Source: Octopus bimaculoides (Eukaryota). From it: a stretch of DNA of 64,000 nt. The translations under genes were made by a program, and so were the position numbers. Under the pieces are notes generated by a model. It was not told the origin of the DNA, searched no databases, and saw only the letters and a program-made list of their open reading frames with translations. Shown piece after piece: positions 52,530 to 64,000 of this stretch (positions are counted from its first letter, which is position 1; every line of letters begins with the position of its first letter). The stretch is from contig NC_068992.1 of NCBI RefSeq assembly GCF_001194135.2, positions 7,091,900 to 7,155,899 on the forward strand, given 5' to 3'.

Positions 52530-53560
52530 AGGACAGGAAAATGGCAGTTTTCTGCCTTTCCATCATTCAGGTTTTAATTTCAATGTCTCTTTGTCTCTTT
52601 AACATTGGCATTGATCCCATCACTCTTATAATAACAGGAATTATGGCATTCACCCACAACTCTCACAGTTTTCTCAGTTCTTTAGCCAAGTTCAGATACT
52701 TTTCAATCACTTCTGTTTCTTCCGTTTTAATTCTTACTGTGATATAGAATAAAATCTGTGATTTTTACATAGATTTTCTGGTGTACTTTTTTCTCTATTA
52801 TAATCATTATTGGTTTATTGTGTGTAATTTTTATTTTAACAATATTTGTTCTGATTATTGTTTTCTTGAACAAGCCTCCAACCAGATTGCTACTGGATTT
52901 TTATTCCTTCCATGTATCAAACAATATCACTATTGTCTTGATGGCTATACCAACCACATATGAATCTCTCTTCCTAGATTTTTATTTTTTTTCTCTTTTC
53001 TGTAATCCTCTTTTATTTGTATATACATTTATTACTAAATATAATGGTGCTGCCATTAAAATTAATACCCATATCTTCACAGTTTTAGTCTATGGATCTC
53101 TAGGTTACAAGTCCAGCACATTTCCACTCTGACCCCCCCCCCCCCACACACACACACACACACCTACACACTTCATTTTTGTAATATTTTTCTTCAGCGT
53201 AGTGAACTTGTTAAATTGAGTAAACATCTTTCTCCTTCAATTGTTGAAGGCAACACTGTTATGTATAGCTTATCGACACTGCTTCAGAGATATAATCTAT
53301 TATGTATTGTTGAAAACTTTCTGGGCTATCCATTCTATTCAGTTCTTTTTTCATCCTCTAAAGGAATGCTGAAGAACACCATTACTGGTATTACTCCAAT
53401 ATTTCTTTATTGAATCTTTCTCTCATTTACTTTGGTTCAAAAGACCTTCTTGACTCACTTCTTGCATTCTTCACCAATTCTTTCTATTAGATTTCTTTCT
53501 ATTTCACCTCATTCTTTTGTGAAACACACCTAAATATTTATAATCCTAAACCACTTTCAG
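52530..53560 (-). pseudogene. R4/Dong-like non-LTR retrotransposon relic: RT C-terminus to restriction-like endonuclease (RLE) domain
   Basis: Minus-strand fragments in order: YKYLGVF; IERIGEECKK*VKKVF*TKVN; MKKELNRMD; RKFSTIHNRLYL*SSVDKLYI; EGERCL; ITHNKP; IKTEETEVIEKYLNLAKELRKL*ELWVNAIIPVIIRVMGS..QKTAIF. These match YKYLG, KSDVDRLY..EGGRGL, RPD and KxxKYxDLAxELxxLW...IPxVIGALG...QKTALL. Confidence 0.75.
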
Positions 53561-56253
53561 ATTTTATAACTTTGTTATCCAGAGATGGAGTCTCTCAGAC
53601 TTTATCTCTTTTCCTCTTTACTATAACCATGATTCATTTATCAATATCAGACCCAACTCATTATCTTCTCAGAAAGTTTTAATAGACTGAACCAAATAAT
53701 CAAGCTGCTCCTCATTTTTGGAGGATATTTTGAGGCTACTATAAACATAAGGCGATCAATTCCACAATTAATTTTGTACAAATTGACCAGAAGCTGGACA
53801 ACAGCCATTAAGTGACTTTACAAAGGATCGCTATTTACTTGTTATCTCTGAGATTCTTTGTGTGTTAAAACAAGTGACTCTTCCATTTCTACAAAGAGGT
53901 ATTTCTCATAAGCAATTAATCTGTCAGTAGCTCCCATCCACATTGATTATAAAACATGCAATAATTCTGTAGTTGCTTATATGAGCATCCTTTGTCATAG
54001 CTACATTCATAAGGACAATTTTCTCTCTTAATATCTGTGGGAGAACACTTTCTCTTTGTCATTTTGTAAAGTGCAAACATAGTCATGAGGCTTTTTAAAG
54101 CCAGAAACCTTGACATTCATCTGGGCCTTGAGTTTTGCAATTCAGTATTTTCTTTAGGCTTCTCATTATGCTTTCTTTTGTTAAATATATGATATAATTG
54201 TGCAGTTTTGTATATTTACTGATTGATTCATTCGTTACTACTTCAGCATATGTCAAGAGGCTATGCTTTGATATATGTTCAAATTATATCCCCAACTGCT
54301 CTATCCAATCAGCATCCTTTTTATGTTTCAGTTTGTTGCTCTAAATGATTGACCAATATTGCTTTGATGTGCTTTCAGGTAGCAATCGATTTTCTTGTCC
54401 TTCAGTTCAGTTATTTTTATTATTTATATAACATTTTGTGAACAAGAGCTTCATTGAATATCTATCCTTATAGATTTTATATTACTATAACACTTGTTGT
54501 TATTGCTGCTATTGTTGTTATCATTATTATAATCATCGTCATAATCATCATCATCATTCTCATTATCATCATTAAGCCAATATTTGCACACAGGACAAAA
54601 TGCCTGTTGCCATATGTCCATTTTTACATTCTGAATTCAAATTCCACCAAGGTTGACTTTGCATTTCCTCCTTTGTGGTTGATAAAATAAGTACCAGTTG
54701 AGTACTGGGGTCAATGTACTCTTACTCCTCCCCTCAAAATTTCTGGCTTTGAACCATGTGTGTATCTGTGTTAAGGTATAGGCATAGCTGGACAATCATG
54801 GAAAAACAGGCACAAAATAAATGCACAAATATATGTGCATGTAAGTGCACTCAAACTCACACACACACACACACACACACACACATGCACATGTGTGTGT
54901 GTGTGTGTGTGGATGTATATGCACCTTTGGCGTGTTGTGGCAAAAAAGAAACCCAGTAGAAAGAAGCCGGTTCAGTTCTTTCAGTGGTAAACACACAAAC
55001 ATCACACCTGTTCATAAAGCTCATTATAAACCTCAGTGGAAATAGAACAAAAGTTCTCATTAAAATAAAAAGAAAAGAATAACTTCTGTTAAAGCTACAC
55101 TTGAATAGAGGTACAATTCATGACTGTTTCCTATAAAGAGTGAAACTGAAAGCAGAGTTGTTAAGTTGATCAGAATCAAACTGCTGGAATCAGTGTGATG
55201 ATGATGATGATGATGTTAAGGTAGAAAAGATTGTTATGCTACTTCTATTGTATGCAAAGAATGTTTATACCTGATGAAGAATAATGCTATTACTATCATT
55301 ATAAGGTTTCATGGTTTTCTTTTTTTCATTTTCATTGTTTTTTTTTATTTTGTCTGTTTGTTTTGTTTTTTTTATCATTATTGTTTTGGTTTGTATTTTC
55401 ACTTTTGATCTTTTAAATAACAAAATCTGAATTTATATCAACAAATTGATTTATTCCTATTTTTATATGTTTCATTGATTCAATCTCGATAAAGGACTTC
55501 AAAAGAATCCTTGTAATATTATACTTTCTCTTGTATTTGTCCTGCATTAATTCATATTCTGATAGCATAGAAACATGCAGAAGTTTCCTTTATGGCAAAT
55601 TACTTAAAGGAAACTTTTTCCTACTTTCTCTTAAGTGTGTCATGAGATTTTATATATATATAATCAGTAACACTTCTTGAATAACAATATATTCCAACAT
55701 TAAAAATAGAAATGCAGCATTATTTGCTGTGAGTTTCAGAATTTTTTTTATTTTTAAAGTTAATTTAAGATTGCTGCATGATATAGACAAGTTCTGTTAT
55801 TCTTCCTGTAAACATCACACCATCAATTTTCATATATTGTAATGAAAATGGACTAATTTAATTAACTGATGATGGAATTTTATTTAATATTTTTATTTTG
55901 TGGTATATCTTTGCATAAAAGGAGTCAATTAAAGAATATCAAAGTATATTCTTAGCTTCTTTAATTTGTAGTTGTTAGTAAGATCAAAGAACAAAAAGAA
56001 GATAGGTGAAAGATAACTATCAGCTATATTCTGGAGTTGATAGAAAGTAGTTATGAGGGGAAATATTCTACAGCTTACTAACTATTAAGAGGCAGTTCAT
56101 GGAAACAGTAACTAGAAAAGTACATTTATGATGAAACTAAAATTGGGTTTGAAACCAGCAATGGTGTGCACAAGAGAGTTACATCTATAATGGAGTTTTG
56201 GCAAACAAACTGTCTCATCAAACCTTAAACTATAGCTCGTTTATTTGCCTTAA

Positions 56254-56459
56254 CCTTTAAGCTTTTAAACCAGCCATATTCAGCTTAAATAGTATACCTG
56301 TTTTATGTTCAAACCAGCCAGATGCAGCCTTCCACACCCACCCTACAATAAACAATCATATCATGAAAATCTCAAAGCTGCAAGATGATGCATGATTAAT
56401 TCAAAACAATGGGAATAAATAAGCATTACATTTGACAAAGTAATCTGAATCTTGAAGGG
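56254..56459. mobile_element. piggyBac-type MITE (~206 bp) with TTAA target duplication
   Basis: TTAA (56250-56253) then cctttaagc... ...cttgaaggg, then TTAA (56460-56463); the CCCT/AGGG termini plus TTAA TSD are piggyBac hallmarks. Confidence 0.7.
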
Positions 56460-58489
56460 TTAAACATACTTTAAATAAAAATAACTTCTAAAGGTTGCTT
56501 CACCTGCCAGAACTGCAGCTATATATCCTTCAACACACACACACACACACACAGTTATCAGAAAGAGTTACATTAGATAATGTGGTTCCAGGTTTCCTGC
56601 ACAAATGAAAACGATATGATGGTGATCACTAGAATATCTTTGATCATAAATTGTTTTTGATCAGGGCTGACCTAGCTCCAAATAAGATGTTCCAGCAACT
56701 ATATTCTGAAGATGACTTGACTGATAAAACGTAAATTGTACTAAATATTAACGACAACAATTTGAGACAGAGATAAATAAACAAATAAATAAATAATTAG
56801 GCCTGTTAACTGGAGTTAAACTACATGTTAATTACGTAGAGATTGATCACATTGCTAATTATAACACTGATCACCTGCCAGTCTATTGTCTTAAATTAGG
56901 TACAATAAATCATATTTAATCTCTTACCTGGTAAATAACATGGTTTAAATCCTGTCAGTGAGTCCACATCCCTTTTCTGTCTCAAACTGATGCTTATAAT
57001 GTCTAATATCAAATCCAAAGAACTTCAGTAACATTAATACTTTACAATTCATAACACAAGAGCGAGCTCTTGTAAATGGTTCAAGAATTGGCCTTTAATT
57101 CATGAGGATATTGAGTGACACTCTTGAGACGGAAAATGTACAACCATTCAGTGCCTATGAACATCTGATTGTGAGTTCTAAACTTGAGATTTCAATTGAT
57201 ATATATATATAACTATGTGTGTGTGTGTCTGTGTTTGTCCTCCACCACTTGACAACTGGTGTTGGTGTGTTTAAGTCCCTATAGCATAGCTTTTCAGCAA
57301 AAGACACTGATAGAACAAGTACTAGGCTTAAAAAAAATAAGTCCTGCAGTAGATTTGTTTGACTAAAACCCTTCAATGTAATGCCACAGCATGGCCACAG
57401 TCAAATGACTAAAACAAGTAAAAGGTAAAGATGTAAATTCCTACATGATTTTTTCCCCCTTCTCTTGTCAGCTTCTACTCTTATTTCAACAACTTTTCTC
57501 ACCTTACCCCAATCTTAAAAGTGTGAAAAGCCTGGTGACAAAATCTTTGAAAAATTTTTTTCATTTTCTAATTTCATATATAGTAATAATGGGACACTAA
57601 GGCCCATTACATACTCAGCTCTGAAAAGATATGTTTGCACATCTCAGTAGTAATAATATACAACCTTCGATGTTATTGACAAACAAAATGACAGAACACA
57701 TACATGTATACACACACATGTACATTTTATGCTTAATTTACAAACATGAGTATTCTTAGTATAAGGAAGTTATGTCTGTGTCTAGATTAATTTCCTTAGA
57801 GTAAGTCTACTGAATGTCTTCATGTTGGTAAATTAAGCATAAAATGTTTTTATCATTCATTTTTACCAAAACGTTCTTCAGCAACAGAGATATTATATTT
57901 TTAAGTATTCCAATGTTTTCACAATATTCCTCCTTATCTCTTAAATATCAAGTTGATTTTTTTTATGGTTGTTTTCATATCTATAAGAAAATATTGTTTA
58001 CAGAATATAATATATTGATTTTTTTTTTAAACATCTTTTGCTGCTATATTGTGTATTAAATTTTAGGGTGATATATTTTGGTTGAACTTGTTCACTAAAG
58101 ATACAATTTCCAGAACACTAATCAATACTGAAACATCAGGAAACTATTTCAGTTATACTTATCTTGACATTTATTATACTTCATCACAAATCTTTGGTTT
58201 AGTCTATCAGTTGTTTCCTTTGCTATTCGCTATTTTAAATAACCAATATCATACCTATTAAACCAACTTCATTTGTACCTTCATAAAATACAAACAGTGT
58301 ATGAATAAATAAAGGAACAACTAAATAAAACAGCTGCAAGTACAAATGAACCCTATCATCTTCTGAGACAAATAATACATTGAACTATGTAGGCCTTAGA
58401 TACATAAAAAAGAAGGTATGGTGATATTAGAACACTGTTGATCATAAATCTGCCCAGTCAAGGCTGTCTCAGAAAAGAGCTACTGCTGT

Positions 58490-58506
58490 GTCTTCTACTT
58501 CTTCTT

Positions 58507-58549
<43 letters not shown>

Positions 58550-58575
58550 TACTTTTACTACTACTACTACTACAC
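58490..58575. repeat. (CTT)n/(CTA)n trinucleotide microsatellite
   Basis: Seen directly; it explains the poly-Leu ORF 58438-58803. Confidence 0.9.
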
Positions 58576-59341
58576 CTCTACTGCTCTTGCTATAAAATCA
58601 TATTGAAAATTAACTATAGCTCCTGGAGATATATAATGCAAACTATAAACTGTGGATATATATACATCTTATTTAAAGAAACCAACAAGAGAGCTTCTAT
58701 GCATTTGCTTGATCTTCTGCTTAAACCAAAATTGCTTCACTTCTTATCACATGCTACTATCATAATAAGAGTAATGGGTATATTGAATCATGTAATCTTT
58801 TAATGTATTTGGTTATAAGTCTGCTCAATCAGGGTTTACTTGGGGCTAAACAACAACTGAGTCTATGAAGTCAACAGAAAAGAAAATCATTATAAGGAAC
58901 TGAAAAAATATGTAGGTGCAACTATAACCATGTTGATTGTAGCCTGGGATTAACAAATGCTTTTTGAATAGAATTCAATAGAAAGAAACAATGCAGATGC
59001 ACATCAAATATGTAAATAGCATTATTCTAACTTTCCATACAAGGATGGGTTGGATGGAATATTTGTTTAGGTAGATTTCCTAAGGCCAGCTGCCCTTCCT
59101 GTTGCAAACCCTCACCTGTTTCCAAGTAAGATATTTCCCCCATAATCAAACATGGAAGACTGCAGCTTACATGACAGTTACACACACATGACAGAGTTCT
59201 ACACAGTTTCTGTATAAATTTCACTTACAAGGCATTGGTCAGCTTTGGACTACAGTAGAGTACAGTCACAAAATATGCTACCAAGTGCTTGAGAAATGAA
59301 CTTCATAGCCATACCTCTACATGTGGCTATCTGTGCTTGTA

Positions 59342-59383
<42 letters not shown>

Positions 59384-59396
59384 NNNNNNNNNNGTA

Positions 59397-59444
<48 letters not shown>

Positions 59445-61440
59445 AGAGTAAATCTGTATTTGAAATAGTATCCCTTTGTACTAATATTTAAGATGTAACC
59501 TAGTAATGTATTACATAGAGATTGGTAAAATAAGAATCAAGCAAAAACAAGTATCGGGGTTCTTATGACCTACTACAAATCTTGAAGCGGGTACTTCTTC
59601 TTCGTGGGTTCAATCTAATCACTAAAACCAGTAAAATAATAAAACAATAATGTTAGGAAATATTTATGAAGTCATCAAGAGCTCACATCTAAATGTTATA
59701 AGCTATCTTGAATACTTGAATAAATTTAATGACTTCAACCATTAAAATGTGTTTTTTATTAAAATTTCTTTCACAAAACTTTCATGAATATTACTATTTC
59801 CATAACTGTTCACTCATTCTACACATAAATAACTTGGCTAATATTTAAATAGCCAAGTGTTTTCTATTTACTAATACTCATTATTAACACCATTAATGCG
59901 ATTAAAATTAGTTGTAATTCCTAACTGTATGCCCACCAAAAGTGTTCAACTCTGTGTGTGTGTGTGTGCACATGCGTGTGTGTGTGTGTAATTCTGAAAT
60001 GTAACAGAACAGTATGAAAATTCCTTTAACTAGATTCATTATTCGGTGTTTTTGTGTTTTATGATAGGAATTTATTCAAGCAATGAACCAGTAACAGGTA
60101 AATCTGACAAAAATAAGCATTTTATTAACAAAGAGTGTGAATTGATTTTCAGAACAAAATTAACTAAATGCTGTATAGAATCATTTAAAGAAGCAGGTTA
60201 ACATTTCAGTTAGACATGCTTCAATTTATCAGCAAGCAATTCATAAAAGAAATTTCTATAGAAAACTTCAGCTTTCTTGGTTTTGTTATTTTTAAAAAAT
60301 GGCAACTCCAATAAAATAAAAATGAATAGCAATTTAAAGAAATATAAAGTAGTAGTAATAATAATAACATTAATAATAATATAATAATAATAATAATAAT
60401 CATAATAGTATCCTACCCCAAGCATAAAACAAATAAGCAAACCTGGAAAATTTGAATATAAATTTTAATTTACATAGAAATATTTACAAAGTGATGAGAA
60501 TAAAGGTGTAGAAATGTGATGCAGCTGGTGCTAGTGGGAATCTCAGAAAGTTGGTAAGTTAGAAAAGATAGAAAGGACAGGAAAATAGCTACAATGATTT
60601 TCATGTAGTGTAATATTTGTAAAAAGCTAGAACAATATTGATGTGTTGTTTAAAGCAGAACAAGCAACATGCCCACTATATACAATTCTTTCTAAAATCA
60701 TGTACATACACGCTTTCTCAGGAACATTTGTCATGATTTGAAAATAAAATCAAAAACATCTTTAGATGAATACAATCAGGAATAAATTTCATTCATGTTG
60801 AAATTCAATATAAATAATGGGGTAGGAAAAGCATCCTGTAAGCATATTACCAACATCTTTCACTAAACCTCCTTGTACTTGCAAATTTTTATTCATTTGA
60901 TAAATTGTTTTATGCAATTTCCTCAGTGATTTTGCTATTGTTTGTTTTCATAGCAGAAAAAAAAGAAGAAAAAAAGCAATAATAATATATTAAAAAATAG
61001 CTTTTATCTAAACTTTGGAATGAAATTATAAACACATTTCGTTTTTTCTATTTATAGATTTCCTTCAAAAATAATGATTCCTTGCTTAGAGATTAATGTT
61101 CCTAGCTATAAAATGGACAAAATAAAATACAAAATAAAATATTCCTGTTTGTGTAGTGATGTATATATTTTGATATATTTTCCTTATAACTATACATATA
61201 TTGCTGTAGAATATTAAGTGAAGTGTAGAAATATGTCACAAGAGTGTTGATCTGATTTCTTTCTGATGTTTCAAATGAGATTACAAACTCTCACCCTCAA
61301 CCCAATCCTACTAAATGAAAGACATTTATTTGAAATACTCAACAGAACTATAATATATTTAAACATAATACATATGTTATATAATATATTTTATAATATA
61401 TTGCACAATATAAAATATATTATACAATAAAGTGTATGTG

Positions 61441-61475
<35 letters not shown>

Positions 61476-61662
61476 TAATATAATATAGCATAGTATTATA
61501 TGTTATCATAGTTTTAAAAAAAGTGCAGCACATTTCTACATGTCATAAAAGCCAACTTGAATGGATGGCAATAAGAAAAGCATCTGTCTCAGAAAACATA
61601 TAGAACCCCTGCCAGCATGGAAGAATGAATATGAAGAAACAGATAATGATGATGACACTGTG

Positions 61663-61850
61663 TGCACCAAAGATTTAATAACCTTCTTAGTACACTCAGT
61701 ACATACAATAAANNNNNNNNNNNNNNNNNNNNNNNNNNNNNNNNNNNNNNNNNNNNNNNNNNNNNNNNNNNNNNNNNNNNNNNNNNNNNNNNNNNNNNNN
61801 TGCACCAAAGATTTAATAACCTTCTTAGTACACTCAGTACATACAATAAA
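61663..61850. other. Exact 50-bp duplication flanking an 88-N gap (probable scaffolding artefact)
   Basis: tgcaccaaagatttaataaccttcttagtacactcagtacatacaataaa occurs at 61663-61712 and 61801-61850. Confidence 0.85.
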
Positions 61851-62161
61851 GTAAATGGTAAGTGAGCAGAATAAGTATAGAATTATGAAGTTTCTTCAGT
61901 TCTGTCTTGTTGAGGACTTAACTTCACTCATGTTAGTGACACCAGAAAATGCAACAAGTAGGACATCTAATAGAATATCTTGTCGTATTTGACATGACTG
62001 CAATCTGCAATTTTAGTTCAAAGTTCACTATGGTCAGCTTTGCCTTTCAACCTTTCAAGGGATTAGAGTGAATATCAAAATTGATGCTTAAAAAAGACTT
62101 GTGGAAGTAAAACTAAGTTTGCCAAAACATTACATCTTGCAACATCTATAGGAAAACAAAC

Positions 62162-62591
62162 ATATAATAAAATCCTAAACGTGATCAAATTGACATTATG
62201 AGTTTACTTTTAAACAGTTAGTTAGTTGAAAGATTCCAAATAGTTTTTCTTTTCAACTAGTAGTTAATTAATTGGAAACACTGTGGTAAAATTGCTTGTG
62301 TACAAAGGTATCTCCAATCAATAATTGAAAAGACACTCAAATAATGTGAGCTTTACATTCTATCTTGAATGAAGTAGGTTCTCAATCTTTAACATTATCA
62401 AAGCAGTGGATATAGCCATGTACTAATTGGGAATACATTACAATATTAAGTCTTGTATCCTTTAATTTTCATTCTGGAGTTGATAAAACATATAATGGCT
62501 ATTTACTTGAAATTTAAAGCCTTTCAACTAAGTAACTGTTTAAAAGTAAACTCATAATGTCAATTTGATCACGTTTAGGATTTTATTATAT
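62162..62591. mobile_element. MITE with long TIRs (71 bp, 70/71 matched) and 288-bp interior
   Basis: 62162-62232 (atataataaaatcctaaacgtgatcaaattgacattatgagtttacttttaaacagttagttagttgaaag) is the reverse complement of 62521-62591 with one mismatch. No clear TSD, so superfamily is unassigned. Confidence 0.8.
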
Positions 62592-63644
62592 TCTTGTTTT
62601 ACTTTCCTTCCGTCTTATGCTTAATAAAATCTACTGTTATAGGGATGGCATGTGTGAGAAGCTGTTAATGAATACTACATCAATAGGATGTTAGTAAAAT
62701 GTCATTTGTGATATCTTGCTAATGATTACATAAATAAATACCCCACAGGGTTTAATGATTGTCTCACAACACTGAAAGTGCTGTGTAAATTAAAGAAAAA
62801 TGCAGTTATTTTCAATGTATTATTCATATTTCAATATAAATATATCTTCCTTACGATTGATATCTTGGTAAAAATTAAGCAGAATATAATAATTTTCAAA
62901 AACCTAATCTATTACAGGCCAGCAAAGGACTCTCCATGCAGTCACACAACATTCTAGAATAGTCGCTGTGTTTCCCTCAAGTTACGCCTTCCGCCTAAGG
63001 AAAGAATGTGTTTGATAATTGTGGTTTTAAGTGTACTAGAATGTCTTTGAATGGTTGATCAGAAGTGATGTGGCTCTAAGCAACAACTATTTTCTTTTAC
63101 AATCTTTAATATTTCTTTTTAAATTATTTATTAATAATCCATAATTTTTAAAAACTTTTGGTGATATTTAACATGAACATATGAACTCAGATCATTGTAT
63201 ATAATAAATTTACATTCTCTCCTTTAAAGATCATAGAGTTTAGAAGATATTTTACCCAACACAAAATTATATCATAAATTAAATCCTTTCTGTTCATCAA
63301 ATATTTTCATTTTCTACTTGAAGAATATTATTTATAAATTTTGAGGAATAAAATTAAATCAATTTCTTTAAATCTAATTACTATGTAGTTCATATAAAGT
63401 GACACTTAACCCTGACATTGACATTATAGAATTTGTTTTTATATTTGAATTGTCATTTTTTAAAATATTTTTGTAAATAGAGATAATTAAGATATCTGAT
63501 GCAAGATATCAGTTAAGTGCAAAAGCCACAAATTAACTAAATTTATTTGTAAAGCAAGCTTTTCAATGCATATTCAGTCTCTGAAACCCTTTGGTATGTT
63601 CTGAGCTACATTCAGTGCAGTTAAAGAAAACATGCAAGGTGCAG

Positions 63645-63798
63645 CCATGACTGCATGATAAGAAGCTTGCTTTTCAACCACATAGTCCCAGGTTCAGTCC
63701 CACTGAGTGGCACCTTAGGCAAGTGTCTTTTACTATAGCCTCAGGCCAACCAAAGTCATGTGAGTGGATTTGGTAGATGGAAACTTAAAGAAGCCCAT

Positions 63799-63853
<55 letters not shown>
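63645..63853 (+). mobile_element. CORE-like tRNA SINE 5' half ending in (TA)n(TG)n
   Basis: ccacatagtcccaggttcagtcccactgagtggcaccttaggcaagtgtctttta...gtggatttggtagatggaaacttaaagaagccc. Confidence 0.8.
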
Positions 63854-63856
<3 letters not shown>

Positions 63857-64000
63857 GTTGGCGTTAGGAAGGGCATCCAGCTGTAGAAACTCTGCCAAAT
63901 CAGATTGGAGGCTGGTGTTGCCATCCGGTTTCACCAGTCCTCAGTCAAATCGTCCAACCCATGCTAGCATGGAAAGCGGACGTTAAACGATGATGATGAT
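63854..64000 (+). mobile_element. Young short RTE-type 3' tail joined to the SINE's (TG)n
   Basis: tggttggcgttaggaagggcatccagctgtagaaactctgccaaatcagattgg...gcggacgttaaacgatgatgatgat runs to the window end. Confidence 0.85.

Noticed and set aside
53916-54116. Minus-strand fragment VSGFKKPHDYV resembling pogo PGFK..KDR
   Set aside because: The similarity is a few residues and no further DDE_1 motifs could be followed.
58438-58803. 121-aa ORF with long poly-Leu resembling a signal or transmembrane peptide
   Set aside because: Direct translation of a (CTT)n/(CTA)n microsatellite.
61663-61850. 50-bp direct repeat as a biological TSD or LTR
   Set aside because: Exact duplication on both sides of an N gap is the typical signature of an unmerged contig overlap; similar duplication flanks the gap at 59384-59392.

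Overview
Eukaryotic, very AT-rich, microsatellite-saturated DNA with several assembly gaps. It is most likely octopus (coleoid cephalopod) intergenic or deep-intronic sequence; I infer this from recalled repeat families, not from a database search. No intact protein-coding gene is supportable, and nearly all listed ORFs are translations of (TA)n/(CA)n/(TAA)n repeats or of SINE/LINE tails. The window is a transposon graveyard. It holds decayed transposase fragments from three DNA-transposon lineages (piggyBac ~23.1 kb, Tc1/mariner ~31.0 kb, pogo/Tigger ~40.2 kb), an R4/Dong-like non-LTR relic (~52.5-53.6 kb, minus strand), RTE LINE 3' fragments with (GAT)n tails, and at least three tRNA-derived SINE families, one copy full length with a 12-bp TSD. 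Non-autonomous elements include a hAT MITE with an 8-bp TSD, a TTAA piggyBac-type MITE, a long-TIR MITE, a 249-bp near-perfect palindrome and a Helentron-type (HINE-like) element. The signals most worth a second look are the dense set of fold-back/inverted repeats (potential dsRNA), a ~170-200 bp inverted repeat pair bracketing ~4 kb, and a candidate recursive splice site with a 59-nt exon at 8348-8406. I found no CRISPR, rRNA, genuine tRNA or novel multi-gene system.
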